DNA from: Bacteroidota bacterium
Lineage (GTDB): Bacteria; Bacteroidota; Bacteroidia; CAILMK01; JAAYUY01
Assembly (NCBI GenBank): GCA_016776505.1
Contig: JADHTG010000009.1
Span: 6,946 to 70,945 of the forward strand
DNA length: 64,000 bases
Direction: 5' to 3'
How positions within the stretch are numbered: the first letter of the stretch is position 1; every line of letters begins with the position of its first letter. Shown piece after piece: positions 20,343 to 30,959 of the stretch. Both the position numbers and the translations under genes were made by a program. Under the pieces are notes generated by a model. That model was not told where the DNA came from, made no database searches, and saw only the letters and a program-made list of their open reading frames with translations.

Positions 20343-21661
20343 AACGTTTTTTGATTGTAGTTTTATTTTCGCTCCTTTGGGTGTTTGTTCAAGCACAGGA
20401 TCTGGAGTATGCAAAATCCATTGTGGATAGGTTATGTGCAGAAGATATGCATGGAAGGGGATACCTTAATGCAGGGGATAAGAATGCAGCCTATTTGATT
20501 GAAAATGAGTTCAAGAGCTTTAAGCTGTTGCCTTATAATATCATAGAAGGGACCATTGGAAGCCAGAAAGGCAAAAAAATAAGGAATTATGTGCAGGAGT
20601 TCAGCATGAAAGTCAACACTTTTCCCACTGAAGTGAGACTGATTGTGGATGGAATTGAATTGAAAGCCGGAACGGATTTTATATTAAAGCCATCCTCAGG
20701 TCCTATTGCAGATAAAGAGCTGGACCTCTATTTCCTGACAAAGAAAAACATCAAAGATGAAGCTGCTTATGATGATTTTTCCTTTGAAGATTATACAGCT
20801 GTTTGTGTGGTAGTTGATCAAGCTGAATTTGCAAAGGAAAAGGACAATGAATATTTAAAATTGGTGATGGAAAATGATATGAGAGCCGATGCGGTGATGT
20901 TGTTAGCTTCCGGATCGTTGATGTGGGGTGTCAGCCAGACATTTGACAAATTCCCGACCTATATTGTTCAAAAGGAAAAACTTCCTAAAAAAGCAGCTTT
21001 GATTGAAGTTTTGCATGAAACAAAGTATTACTATAGCTATAAATCTCAAAATGTGATTGGAAAAATTGAAGGTAAAACCCATCAGGATAAATATATAGTA
21101 ATAGGTGCACATTATGATCATTTAGGTAAACTGGGCAACCAGGTTTATTATCCCGGAGCGAATGACAATGCAAGCGGAGTAGCTATGATGCTGGATATAG
21201 CAAAACACTACAGCGATGTGTTCAGCCAACCGGAGTACACAATGATATTTGTTGGATTTGGAGCTGAAGAAGCAGGATTTCTTGGTTCAAAATATTTTGT
21301 TGAAAATCCTCCTGTTCCATTAAAAGATATTCGCTTAATGATTAATTTTGATATGATGTCGACAGGGGAAGGAGGCCTGATGGTGGTAAATGCTGAAAAG
21401 AACAGTGGCGATTTTAGTAAAATCAACCAGATCAATAGCAGGAAACAATATCTGGAAACCTTAATGTCAAGGCCTGAAGCTGCCATAAGCGATCATCATT
21501 TTTTTCATAAAGCGGGAGTGCCTGCTTTGTATTTCTACCTGATGGGCGCAAAGGAAAAGGATTATTTTTATCATAATCCGGGAGATGTTCCTTCCAATGT
21601 CAGCATGACTGGTTACGTTGCTGCATTTAAGTTGATTACAGAGTTTATTGATGCGCTGTAA
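20339..21661 (+). CDS. M28 family zinc aminopeptidase (secreted)
   Basis: Signal peptide and M28 metal-binding motifs (HYDHLG, GANDNASGVAMMLDIAK, EE pair). Confidence 0.8.
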   Translation: MKRFLIVVLFSLLWVFVQAQDLEYAKSIVDRLCAEDMHGRGYLNAGDKNAAYLIENEFKSFKLLPYNIIEGTIGSQKGKKIRNYVQEFSMKVNTFPTEVRLIVDGIELKAGTDFILKPSSGPIADKELDLYFLTKKNIKDEAAYDDFSFEDYTAVCVVVDQAEFAKEKDNEYLKLVMENDMRADAVMLLASGSLMWGVSQTFDKFPTYIVQKEKLPKKAALIEVLHETKYYYSYKSQNVIGKIEGKTHQDKYIVIGAHYDHLGKLGNQVYYPGANDNASGVAMMLDIAKHYSDVFSQPEYTMIFVGFGAEEAGFLGSKYFVENPPVPLKDIRLMINFDMMSTGEGGLMVVNAEKNSGDFSKINQINSRKQYLETLMSRPEAAISDHHFFHKAGVPALYFYLMGAKEKDYFYHNPGDVPSNVSMTGYVAAFKLITEFIDAL

Positions 21662-21713
21662 AGGCTGCTGCATCAGTTTTGAATCAAATGAATAAGATTT
21701 AAATAGATCACAT

Positions 21714-22925
21714 TTAATTTGATACTGAGAGTTCTTTTTCTTTTATCAAGTCGACTATGGTTTGGCTTACTTCTCTTGAAATAATCTGAATGGCAGGAGA
21801 TTTATAATGACAATCATCCGTGAAATATTCTAATGTTTTCGGAACCTTAGCTTCCAGGTCAATTAATGGAATATTTTTTTCTTCAGCAATTCTACGTATG
21901 CAATTATTGTATTGAATCATACCCTTTCTTGCAGTTTCTATACTCCATTTCTTATCTTTCCCAACTCCATTGGCCCTGTGCATCCAAATGCTGGAAATTT
22001 CAGCCTTATTCATATTTTCTTTGTATAAATAAGGCTGGGTTTGTAAGATGGTGGATGAACCGTCTAAACTGATCAGCTGAATTAATCTATTCAAATTTTC
22101 TTCCATCGACACCAATCCAGGAAATGTATCGGTAGTAATTTCTTCCTGAGTTTTTGCATACCAAATTGAATTGAATACATGTTTAATTTGAACAAACAAG
22201 GGACGAATTCTGAATAATCTTGTAAATGGTCCCATAGCATGGCCGTAGTCTCTCCTGAATTCCCCGTTAGAATAGTAACTATGATCTGCATTTTGCATAA
22301 AATCATTAATCGAATGCATGATGATGACAAGATCAGGTTTGAGGAATCGAATATTTATTTCATAATTAATCAATGAGTGCTGACTCGTATACCACTCTTT
22401 TCCCTGGTTTAATACTCTGAAATTGTGTCCAGGTATCGCTTTATTGAGATTTATTTCTGCCTGCTTTGGCCATTTTTGATTTTTTTCATCAGCCCAGGCT
22501 GTCGTGGAACCGCCTAAACAAACAATGAGGAACTCATCATTGTTGGGAATTCCTTGAGGTATTTCCGGGGGATTAAGCTGTAAATAGGGATGGAATTTTT
22601 CATTAGGCATCAATGTCCTTTCATAAAAATAAGATACAGGAACATAAAAAACCAAGCTAAAAAACAGAATAATAATGAAAATATAAAAGATGTTTTTTAC
22701 GGGAGTACTTTTAAATATAAGCTTGTAATAAGTGAAAGGAATTGCGAATAATAGCAGGGCAGATACAAGATATATTAAAACAATAATAAATTTGATGAAA
22801 TAACTTGAATGAATTTCTTCATTTAAGAAAAGAAAATTAGGCTGAAAAAACCCGTAAATCACCCATATCGCGAATAGAAGGTAAATAACACCCAATAAAT
22901 AATGAATATATTTTGGAATTGTCAT
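21714..22925 (-). CDS. Membrane-anchored SGNH/GDSL-type hydrolase
   Basis: Three N-terminal TM helices, then a GDS-like block (LIVCLGGSTT) and a C-terminal DxxH (DDCHYK). Confidence 0.5.
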   Translation of the reverse strand: MTIPKYIHYLLGVIYLLFAIWVIYGFFQPNFLFLNEEIHSSYFIKFIIVLIYLVSALLLFAIPFTYYKLIFKSTPVKNIFYIFIIILFFSLVFYVPVSYFYERTLMPNEKFHPYLQLNPPEIPQGIPNNDEFLIVCLGGSTTAWADEKNQKWPKQAEINLNKAIPGHNFRVLNQGKEWYTSQHSLINYEINIRFLKPDLVIIMHSINDFMQNADHSYYSNGEFRRDYGHAMGPFTRLFRIRPLFVQIKHVFNSIWYAKTQEEITTDTFPGLVSMEENLNRLIQLISLDGSSTILQTQPYLYKENMNKAEISSIWMHRANGVGKDKKWSIETARKGMIQYNNCIRRIAEEKNIPLIDLEAKVPKTLEYFTDDCHYKSPAIQIISREVSQTIVDLIKEKELSVSN

Positions 22926-23064
22926 GACTCAAATCTACACAGATCAAAGAACCAAATTTACAATTTATTCAATAATTCAAATAGTTTCATTCATATCAAT
23001 TTATGACATTATTAGTATTGAAATTCTGCATAATTGGGCATCTATTACCAAATGCATGAATGCG

Positions 23065-23991
23065 CTAAAATTGAAATTTTACACCAGTCAATTTCTCTGA
23101 AATATCCCAAAGTTTTTTAGCATCTTCCAGATTACGGGAAGCTTCAATTGATTCTACTTTAACCGGATAACCCTTAAATTCTCTCCTGCCATTGGGACCA
23201 TAGTATTCTGCTCCTTTTACATTTGGATCTACAGATGCTCTAATGCCCGGGAGTGAACCCATATCAGCTTTCTGAAGCATTAATTTCATTATAGGATTCA
23301 TGATTTTAAAAAGAATTTTTCCTTCCATGTGTTGAAGCAGATTGGTTTGAGAAACTCCGGGATGAGCTGCCACAGCCAAACTGTCAATTCCGGCTTCTTC
23401 AAATTTTCTCTGCAGTTCGTAGGTGAAAAGAAGATTGGAAAGTTTTGAAATCGAATAGGCATTCCTGGGTGAATACTCTGTTCCGTTCTCAGATGAAAGT
23501 TTATCAAAGTCCATTTGACCCCATTTGTGAGCATTGCTGCTGATATTTATTACACGTGATTTGGGTGTCTTCGTAATTAATTCCAGCAATTGACCTGTTA
23601 ATGCAAAGTGTCCGTAATGATTGGTTCCCATCTGGCCCTCAAAACCATCTTTGGTCAGATGATAGGGAGTCATCATAATACCTGCATTGTTTAGCAATAC
23701 ATCTAACTGATCATATTTATTTTTAAATGCTTGTGAAAACTTTTTAACCGAGTCGAGGCTTGATAAATCAAGTTCCATGACCAACACTTTTGCCTGTGGG
23801 ATTTCTGTTATTATTTCTTTTTTTGCATTTACAGCTTTCTCAGGGTTACGTGAGGCCATGATGACTTCTGCATCCTTTTCAGCAAATGCTTTAACTGCTT
23901 CATATCCAATTCCGCTGTTTCCACCTGTAACAATGATCACTTTTCCTGTCAGATCAGGAATATTCGTGAATGTCCAATTTTCTTTACTCAT
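23065..23991 (-). CDS. Short-chain dehydrogenase/reductase (retinol dehydrogenase-like SDR)
   Basis: TGGNSGIGYEA cofactor motif, NNAG motif and catalytic YxxxK (YSISK). Confidence 0.85.
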   Translation of the reverse strand: MSKENWTFTNIPDLTGKVIIVTGGNSGIGYEAVKAFAEKDAEVIMASRNPEKAVNAKKEIITEIPQAKVLVMELDLSSLDSVKKFSQAFKNKYDQLDVLLNNAGIMMTPYHLTKDGFEGQMGTNHYGHFALTGQLLELITKTPKSRVINISSNAHKWGQMDFDKLSSENGTEYSPRNAYSISKLSNLLFTYELQRKFEEAGIDSLAVAAHPGVSQTNLLQHMEGKILFKIMNPIMKLMLQKADMGSLPGIRASVDPNVKGAEYYGPNGRREFKGYPVKVESIEASRNLEDAKKLWDISEKLTGVKFQF

Positions 23992-24508
23992 TTTATTAAT
24001 TTAATATCTTTGTTTTCAAAAATTATTTGATTGCCTCCATTTGATCCAACCGAGAAAACTCCTATGGCTAAATCTTCTGATGTAATGACTCCATTTGGAT
24101 AAAAAGATTTAAGCAGTAGATAAGCAAACCTAATCAATCGATAAACTGCATTGGGTTCTTTTCTTTTTGTAAACGGATAAATATAGGCCGGTCAGAAAAT
24201 ATAAGTTTGCTTAAAGTCCAGCCTGATCAGAAAATTTTCAGCAATCCCTTGTCCTTTGCAAATATCATACGACTTTTTTCTGTCTGGTCAGCACCTCCTC
24301 CGCTCAAGAAACAAAACGTAGCATCGGGACTTGAATTTTTCAATGAATTTGCAAATGACCTGGTGAAATCAATAGTAATTTCCCTGAATTGATCCCGCTT
24401 AACTTCTCCGGTATAAACACCCAGGCAATAAAAGGCGATATCCTGGTGATTAAACAGATCTTCAATCCTGGCAAAATCTGTAAAATCAGGATGAATGATT
24501 TCAAGCAA
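23988..24508 (-). pseudogene. Decayed NAD(P)H-binding oxidoreductase (HTATIP2/NmrA-like) lacking the N-terminal Rossmann motif, with frameshift
   Basis: The 93-aa ORF (DIAFYCLGVYTG...FLSGGGADQTEKSRMIFAKDKG) resembles the middle of roughly 210-aa NAD(P)H-binding proteins. The C-terminal continuation (IFRPAYIYP...VITSEDLAIGVF...) is in another frame and ends with a TGA overlapping the SDR ATG. No GxxGxxG N-terminus is present. Confidence 0.4.
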
Positions 24509-24558
24509 TTTTTCATGTTTAATTCCTGATGAACGCCTGACTATAGATGTGATTTTTC

Positions 24559-25527
24559 CTATCTCAGGATGACAAATTTTTCACGCCCGATAATGCCATT
24601 TTTGGAACTTAATTCAACAAAATAAGTACCATTGGCTAATTCACTGGAATTCAGATTAAAATGTGTGCTAGCACTTTTAGTTTGATGTACAATTTTCCCC
24701 TTAAGTGTATATATCCGAACTTCAATTTCCTCCTGTTGAGGATACTTAAGTCTAATTGCTAATTCATTTTTAACAGGATTTGGAAATACGATAAAATTCT
24801 CATTTTCAATAGTTAATTCTAGAACAGAATTAGTGCCTGCAACCGAATCAATCCAAATGAAGCACTCCATGAGCTCGTCATTGCGGGTGCCAAAGTTCCA
24901 CAAATGTCCTATCCCCGGCATCTTATTTAATTTACCGACTCCATTATGTGCTATTAAACTATCAAACAGGGCAATATTTCTCCCATATGAAGCATCTAAA
25001 CTTCCCGTGCAAACACAGGTAGGAATTTTAGAATCAAAATTATAGTCGGTAGTAATCGATGGGATCCAGGCATTGAAGGGAATGATTGCTTTAAAGGGAA
25101 ACACTTCGTTCCAACCTTGCTTAAACGTTTCCTGTCCATTGCATGAAAATCCTGTTAAATAAACAGCATGAATATTAATATTATATCCCAATGTGTTAAT
25201 TGCAGTGTCTATTGAATATGGAATTATCAGTCCTTTAGCACCGGTCATTTGTCCGCCTTTAAGATCCGGACAAAGAATAATAGCATCCAGGTTATTGGAA
25301 ATAGCGATTAATCCATTCCTAAAACTGACGGCACTTCCTCCACAACCATGCACGGCCACAACCAAAGGATAGCTTTTGCTACTGCTGTAATTTGTAGGCA
25401 CATAAAAAGCCAGGGTATGAGGGGAGGAATTGAATATGATTGTTTTCTCAAAACTTCCGGTTGTTTGTGCATTCATGAAGTATAAACCAAAACAAGTACA
25501 CATCAGGAGTAAAAAAATCTTTTTCAT
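24559..25527 (-). CDS. Secreted alpha/beta-hydrolase esterase (PHB depolymerase/feruloyl esterase-like) with T9SS C-terminal sorting domain
   Basis: Signal peptide, VVAVHGCGG oxyanion region, nucleophile elbow GFSCNG and a C-terminal roughly 80-aa T9SS CTD (FIVFPNPVKNEL...GTYFVEL...). Confidence 0.65.
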   Translation of the reverse strand: MKKIFLLLMCTCFGLYFMNAQTTGSFEKTIIFNSSPHTLAFYVPTNYSSSKSYPLVVAVHGCGGSAVSFRNGLIAISNNLDAIILCPDLKGGQMTGAKGLIIPYSIDTAINTLGYNINIHAVYLTGFSCNGQETFKQGWNEVFPFKAIIPFNAWIPSITTDYNFDSKIPTCVCTGSLDASYGRNIALFDSLIAHNGVGKLNKMPGIGHLWNFGTRNDELMECFIWIDSVAGTNSVLELTIENENFIVFPNPVKNELAIRLKYPQQEEIEVRIYTLKGKIVHQTKSASTHFNLNSSELANGTYFVELSSKNGIIGREKFVILR

Positions 25528-25578
25528 GTTATTTTTTTAAAATTTGCAGGCTATTAATCATAAAATCAATCTACTAAG

Positions 25579-25812
25579 TTAAGCAATTCTTTTCACCCTT
25601 CCAATCTCACCGGATTCCAGCATCACTTTAATTCCATGAGGATGATGGGTCGATTTGGTCAATACTTTTTTGACGATGCCCTGGATCAATTCTCCGGTTC
25701 TTTGATGTTGTTTCAACACAATTTGCACCGACTGTCCAACATAAATCTTATTATTTCCTTCCTGTAAATCCATGTATAGATTAAATGCTACTAATGATCT
25801 CAAAACGGGCAT
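25579..25812 (-). CDS. YwbE-like small protein (DUF2196)
   Basis: 77 aa with the QRTGELIQGIVKKVLTKSTHHPHGIKV pattern typical of the YwbE family. Confidence 0.5.
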   Translation of the reverse strand: MPVLRSLVAFNLYMDLQEGNNKIYVGQSVQIVLKQHQRTGELIQGIVKKVLTKSTHHPHGIKVMLESGEIGRVKRIA

Positions 25813-25871
25813 CCCTGTTCAATCATCATAAATTCTGTTTGGTGGGGGTAAAAATAAGTGAAAGTCTTTTT

Positions 25872-26321
25872 CTATTTGAATAATTGTACCTCTACAGCAG
25901 TAGGTCCTTTTGGTCCCATTTCCACTTCGAAGCTCACAATATTGTTCTCCTTAATTTCTTCAAGCGTATTATTTACATGCACAAAAACACTTTCCTGTGT
26001 TTCCATATCTTTTATAAATCCAAAACCTTTTGACTCATTAAAAAATGTAACCACTCCTTTTCTAATGGGATTATATTCAACATGCTCGCGTTTTGGCACG
26101 CTGACTTCAATATCTTCTGCTTTAATATCCTTTTTTTTGCTGGGATCCGGGGGGGTATCGGTTAACATCCCATCTTCGTCCACATAGGCTATCATATCCT
26201 CCATGCTGCCTTTTTTCCCGCTTTCTTTTTTTGCCAGCTTTTTGGCCTCTTTTTCTTTCCTTTTCTTTTCTTTTTTATTTCTTACTTCTTTTTTGTTAAA
26301 TGATTCCTGAGATCTTCCCAT
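25872..26321 (-). CDS. Cold-shock domain protein with lysine-rich N-terminal extension
   Basis: C-terminal CSD with the KGFGFI RNP1-like motif (GVVTFFNESKGFGFIKDMETQESVFVH). Confidence 0.75.
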   Translation of the reverse strand: MGRSQESFNKKEVRNKKEKKRKEKEAKKLAKKESGKKGSMEDMIAYVDEDGMLTDTPPDPSKKKDIKAEDIEVSVPKREHVEYNPIRKGVVTFFNESKGFGFIKDMETQESVFVHVNNTLEEIKENNIVSFEVEMGPKGPTAVEVQLFK

Positions 26322-26522
26322 AGATTATAGTTTATTTAGTCGTATTACTCTATTTTTTAGTACAGCTAAGATAGCGTACTTTTTATTGAATTGTTAATGA
26401 TTTGGATGGAGAATGCTTTGCTAAGTGTCAAATGCAGCCAGACATTTTGCATTTTCTGTTGAAGGATTTTGAAGATTTGAATTTTATACCGATCTAGTTG
26501 ACTTATTTTGTTCTTATTAGGA

Positions 26523-26957
26523 TTATTCTTTCGTTATTTCCCAATATTCAATGTCTCCCTCTACCAGTTTAAAGAAAGGATGTGTTTCCGGATATTCTAT
26601 TTGCATTAATTCCAGATTTCTTTTTTTATCCCTGATCTTCAGTTTATTCAGCAAATGATTCATTTCAAAACTAATTTGACCTTTAGTTACATTCAACAAT
26701 TCGCTTTTATATTTCCAGTCAATTTTATCTTTATTGAAACGATAGCCTCTTCGAACGGCCTCTTTATGTACTGCTGCTAAATACTGGTTAATGCTTTGAA
26801 CAGGATCAGCAGTTTTCTTGAATCTGAGAAGTTGCGGGTGATTTTTATAGCCCCTGGTTTTCCCTTCAAGCACGTGTTTTGCCAGCAGGGATTCCCTCCA
26901 AAGGGCAACCAGGCCTTTAGCATCGAGGTATTTAGGATGTAAGGACCAGATTCTCAT
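26523..26957 (-). CDS. Pyrimidine dimer DNA glycosylase family protein (Pyr_excise-like)
   Basis: The N-terminus MRIWSLHPKYLD...GLVALWRE...GYKNHPQLLRF matches my recollection of bacterial denV-like glycosylase homologs. Confidence 0.55.
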   Translation of the reverse strand: MRIWSLHPKYLDAKGLVALWRESLLAKHVLEGKTRGYKNHPQLLRFKKTADPVQSINQYLAAVHKEAVRRGYRFNKDKIDWKYKSELLNVTKGQISFEMNHLLNKLKIRDKKRNLELMQIEYPETHPFFKLVEGDIEYWEITKE

Positions 26958-26993
26958 GTTATTTTATAAAATACGATCCTTATTTCAACCAGG

Positions 26994-27857
26994 CTACGGA
27001 TCAATTCCATCATTCTTTTTATCAACAGTGTTCGATTTATAATGAATATCCATCTGTGGAAATGGAATTGTAATCTTGTTTTCAATGAACTTTCTATTGA
27101 TTATCTTCCTGATATCACTTTTCACTTTTTCAATTCGAAAAATACTGGTGCTGTAAAATAAGACCTGGAAGTTTAAAGATGAGTTCGCAAAATCCAGGAA
27201 GCGAACATCAATTAGGGTTTTATCAGAAATCTCATCATGCTCTAATGCACTTTCTTTCAAGACTTGAATAACTAAATCCACATCACTGCCATAGGCTACC
27301 CCAACGCCAATCTTAAAACGAGTTTGTTTGGATTGATGACTCCAATTAATTACTTTATTCGTTGTAATTAATGAATTTGGGATGATAATTGATATTTCAT
27401 CCCTGTTTAATCCTTTGGATGTTCGCAATCCAATATTCTGGATTTTAACAATGTCGTTATCAATTTCTAAAATATCACCCACTTTAATCGATCTTTCTGA
27501 CAGCAATATGATTCCTGAAATCACATCATTAAATGTCTGCTGCAAACCCAGTCCTACTCCTACTAATAAAGCGGCAGAACCTGCAATCAATACGGTTACT
27601 TTTACACCAATGGCCTCCAGAAGTAAACCCATTGCAATAATCCAAAATACGTACTTAATAATTTGAATCAGGGCATGTGTGTTGCCTTTATCAATGTTGT
27701 GTTTTCTCTGGTTTCGCAGCAATGCGAGCTTAATTAACCATATGGCTAATTTAGTGATCAGAAGAATTAAAATAATAGTAAGTATGGTATATACCTTAAA
27801 TTGGAATTCTCCTATTGTGAATATCTCAAATTCTAAAATATTGATGATTGTTTTCAT
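26994..27857 (-). CDS. Mechanosensitive ion channel (MscS family)
   Basis: Three TM helices followed by an MscS beta domain (GIILLSERSIKVGDILEIDN...GLRTS). Confidence 0.85.
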   Translation of the reverse strand: MKTIINILEFEIFTIGEFQFKVYTILTIILILLITKLAIWLIKLALLRNQRKHNIDKGNTHALIQIIKYVFWIIAMGLLLEAIGVKVTVLIAGSAALLVGVGLGLQQTFNDVISGIILLSERSIKVGDILEIDNDIVKIQNIGLRTSKGLNRDEISIIIPNSLITTNKVINWSHQSKQTRFKIGVGVAYGSDVDLVIQVLKESALEHDEISDKTLIDVRFLDFANSSLNFQVLFYSTSIFRIEKVKSDIRKIINRKFIENKITIPFPQMDIHYKSNTVDKKNDGIDP

Positions 27858-28100
27858 ATTACATATATCTTATAGTCAATAAGTTTATGAAATCTCTAAC
27901 GCCTTTCAAATAAATCTGTTTTGTAAAGCTAAAGATCGTCATTTTTGCATAAATTAATTTTATATGCACAACAAATTTATATAAAATTAAAATCCAATGG
28001 ATTTGATGTGACAGAACAGAATATTCCTGAATATGATTAATTGAAACTAATGCGCTTTTTTGGGTAAATAAACATAGACAGGAAGAAGACTTGATAAAAT

Positions 28101-28466
28101 TTAGCTATGTGATTCTACTGCTTTCTTTTTTCCAAGTCCATAGATCAGGAAAAGAATACCTATAATGAAAATAGGGATCCCTAAAGTCAAAGTTATACTG
28201 GCGTCTTTCCATACCCACAAAATAAACACCCATTGCAATCCATGCCAAATCATGATGATTAAGCCGGATATCACTTCATTCTTCCAACAATACAAATAAC
28301 CAACTACAAAAAGAACAAATAGTGCATATATCATAATGGTTCCAAAAGTGGATTCATCATTTGGTTGAAATATTTTCCCAATAATGGTCAGAAGATAGCC
28401 AGTGACAGCAAGAGTTAAAATGACTCTTAGAACAAGTATATATACTTCCCTGGTGGATGTTTTCAT
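28101..28466 (-). CDS. Small integral membrane protein (4 TM), unknown function
   Basis: Hydrophobicity pattern only. Confidence 0.4.
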   Translation of the reverse strand: MKTSTREVYILVLRVILTLAVTGYLLTIIGKIFQPNDESTFGTIMIYALFVLFVVGYLYCWKNEVISGLIIMIWHGLQWVFILWVWKDASITLTLGIPIFIIGILFLIYGLGKKKAVESHS

Positions 28467-28725
28467 ATTAAGATATTTAGATTAAAAAATAGGTTATTAT
28501 TGAGAAATTCCAATGAGTTTATTTTAAACAGGACATTGGATGTACTAATTAACGGAATTGGTTATGTCTACAATAATAATGTATTCTTCAAAAAAAACCT
28601 TTCATTTCCTTATAATTTTTCAAAAGGATTGAAATATTAAAAAAGAAACAAGACCTGTTTTGGAGGTTTTCAGCTAGAAATAGTCATTAGAAAATCAAAG
28701 ATCCAGTCGGCCAGGAATTCATTGT

Positions 28726-30222
28726 CTATGGTTTGGAATGGATACTCTGATGCGCAAACTTTTCAACTCGTTCACTAACTAATTTCGAACTAATAATGGC
28801 CATGGGTAAACCTGCACCCGGATGAGTTGAAGCTCCAACGTAAAATAAATTTTTGAACTTTTCATCAAAGTTCATCGGACGGAAAGCCCCGATCTGCATT
28901 AAATTATGAGCCAGACCCAAGCCGCTTCCTCTATGCAGATTGAACTTGTTTTGCCAATCTTCTGGTGTATAAACCGTTTTGGAAACAATTTCTTGGCTAA
29001 TATCCGTATTAATCCGCTCTGAAAAATCTTCAATGATGCTATTGACTATTTTGTCTTTATCGTCCCAGTTTGGTTTATATCGCAAGTCAGGAACAGGACA
29101 GACAAAAAATAAACTTTCGCATCCTGCAGGAGCACAATCATCATTGTGTTTGGACAGCACATTCACATAATAATAGGGTTTCTCAAGGGAATCAGGATTT
29201 TTATGTACATCTTTGGCATATTCCATGAAATTTTCACCCAGGTAATAATTATGGTGGTGAACCTGGGGCAGTTTGGTTTTGATTCCCAGATAAATGGTCA
29301 GGTAGCCCATGGTCCATACTTTCCTGTCCAGTTTTTCTGTAGAGAATGCTTTGCGTTTTAATACACTACCCCTGAAAACAGCTGCATCGGCATTGGCAAT
29401 AATAACATCAGCAGTCCAACTGTTGTTGTTTTGATCTTTAAGGGAAATCAATTTCTTGCCTGCCTGTTCATACTCTTTTATTTCCGTATTATACGTAATG
29501 TGAATCCCTTTCTTATCTAATTCAGCAACAAGGCCTTCCACAATTTTATACATGCCGCCTTTTACATTGTAATAACCATCATTCTTGAATTCGGTATAAG
29601 AAAGCAAGGTATAAACTGCAGGCGTGTCGAAAGGAGTTCTACCCAGGAAGAAGGCCACGAGTGAAACAATCTTTTGTGCATCTTTTGATTTAAAATAGCG
29701 GTTAACCTGCTTATTAAATTTTCTGAATAAGACCGGAATATGCAAAGGATTCACCTGGGCCAATGACAGCAAATAATCCAGCATGGAATCGAAATTCCTT
29801 TTAATAACAATATCTATTGTATCATGAAATAATCGGGAACATTTGCTGAGGTATTTCTCCATTTTTTTTTCGAAGTCAGGTTCATCTTGCTCAAATTGAG
29901 CAGCAAGCTTCTGCATGTCCTTGTAAAGATGATAGGTCTTTTCATTTTTATTGAAATTGACCGTATACAAGGGATCAAGTTCAACATAATCGAAAGGCAA
30001 TTCGATGCCACAATCCCTGGCAAATTCTTCAAATTCATAAGACATGCTGAAGAAGCTGGGTCCCGTGTCAAAAGTAAATCCATCTTTTTTAATCTGGTTC
30101 AGGCGACCTCCCGCCTGCGGATTTTTTTCGATGATCTGAACATCAAAACCCCGTTTTGCCAATCGCAAAGCTGTAGCCAATCCGCCAAGACCAGCGCCAA
30201 TGATTAATACTGATTTAGACAT
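28726..30222 (-). CDS. crtI: Phytoene desaturase
   Basis: FAD-binding N-terminus LIIGAGLGGLATALRLAKRGFDVQIIEKN and a length and C-terminal motifs typical of CrtI. Confidence 0.9.
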   Translation of the reverse strand: MSKSVLIIGAGLGGLATALRLAKRGFDVQIIEKNPQAGGRLNQIKKDGFTFDTGPSFFSMSYEFEEFARDCGIELPFDYVELDPLYTVNFNKNEKTYHLYKDMQKLAAQFEQDEPDFEKKMEKYLSKCSRLFHDTIDIVIKRNFDSMLDYLLSLAQVNPLHIPVLFRKFNKQVNRYFKSKDAQKIVSLVAFFLGRTPFDTPAVYTLLSYTEFKNDGYYNVKGGMYKIVEGLVAELDKKGIHITYNTEIKEYEQAGKKLISLKDQNNNSWTADVIIANADAAVFRGSVLKRKAFSTEKLDRKVWTMGYLTIYLGIKTKLPQVHHHNYYLGENFMEYAKDVHKNPDSLEKPYYYVNVLSKHNDDCAPAGCESLFFVCPVPDLRYKPNWDDKDKIVNSIIEDFSERINTDISQEIVSKTVYTPEDWQNKFNLHRGSGLGLAHNLMQIGAFRPMNFDEKFKNLFYVGASTHPGAGLPMAIISSKLVSERVEKFAHQSIHSKP

Positions 30223-30233
30223 GATTTAATTGT

Positions 30234-30959
30234 TTATTTTTTTAGTTTTGGCTCAAGTTTATTTTTTGCAAGCAAGATATTTGGTTCAATTCGGATTATC
30301 TTTTGATAATATTTTTCAGCCATCAGAAAATTGCCTAGTTCCGTATATGATTCAGCTATTGATATCAGCAAGTTCATGTAATTCCAATTATCTGATATGA
30401 GAGTGATGTTTTCTTCCATGAGGTTTTTAGCCTTTAAAAAGCTTTTAAGTGCCTCCGATTTTGAACCCCCGAATATGGTCGGCATATAATAACGTGTATT
30501 TCCCTCTAGGATATGTATAAACCAGTTATTGGCATCCAAATCCATTGCTTTGTTCAAATAATTAACACTCAACGGACCATAATAAGGAGCTTTCATCCGG
30601 TCTAAACGAACATGAAATCCATAAATAGCCGCTTTATATGCGTTTACCAGGCCAGGTTTATAGTTCCATCTTTCAAGAATCCTGTTGTTATTTGTAAGCA
30701 GGTCCAAATATTTTCTGGCCTCTTTTTCTTTCTTCAATTCCAGGCACCAGCCAATGTACCCATATTGATAATTGATCAATTCCAGCATTTGATTGTTGCT
30801 TTTGTTTTTAATCCTTTGAATCCTGTCAATTTCAGCTTTCCACACTCTAAAATCATTCTTTATAAAAGCAGTGTAAATGGCAGATTTATTGGATGCATCC
30901 AGTCCATAGTACGTTAAGACAAAGCACAAAATAAGTATGGCTGATTTTATTTGACTCAT
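30234..30959 (-). CDS. Secreted helical-repeat (TPR-like) protein embedded in the carotenoid operon
   Basis: Signal peptide and helical repeats; 11 nt downstream of the membrane-protein gene and translationally coupled to crtI. Confidence 0.4.
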   Translation of the reverse strand: MSQIKSAILILCFVLTYYGLDASNKSAIYTAFIKNDFRVWKAEIDRIQRIKNKSNNQMLELINYQYGYIGWCLELKKEKEARKYLDLLTNNNRILERWNYKPGLVNAYKAAIYGFHVRLDRMKAPYYGPLSVNYLNKAMDLDANNWFIHILEGNTRYYMPTIFGGSKSEALKSFLKAKNLMEENITLISDNWNYMNLLISIAESYTELGNFLMAEKYYQKIIRIEPNILLAKNKLEPKLKK

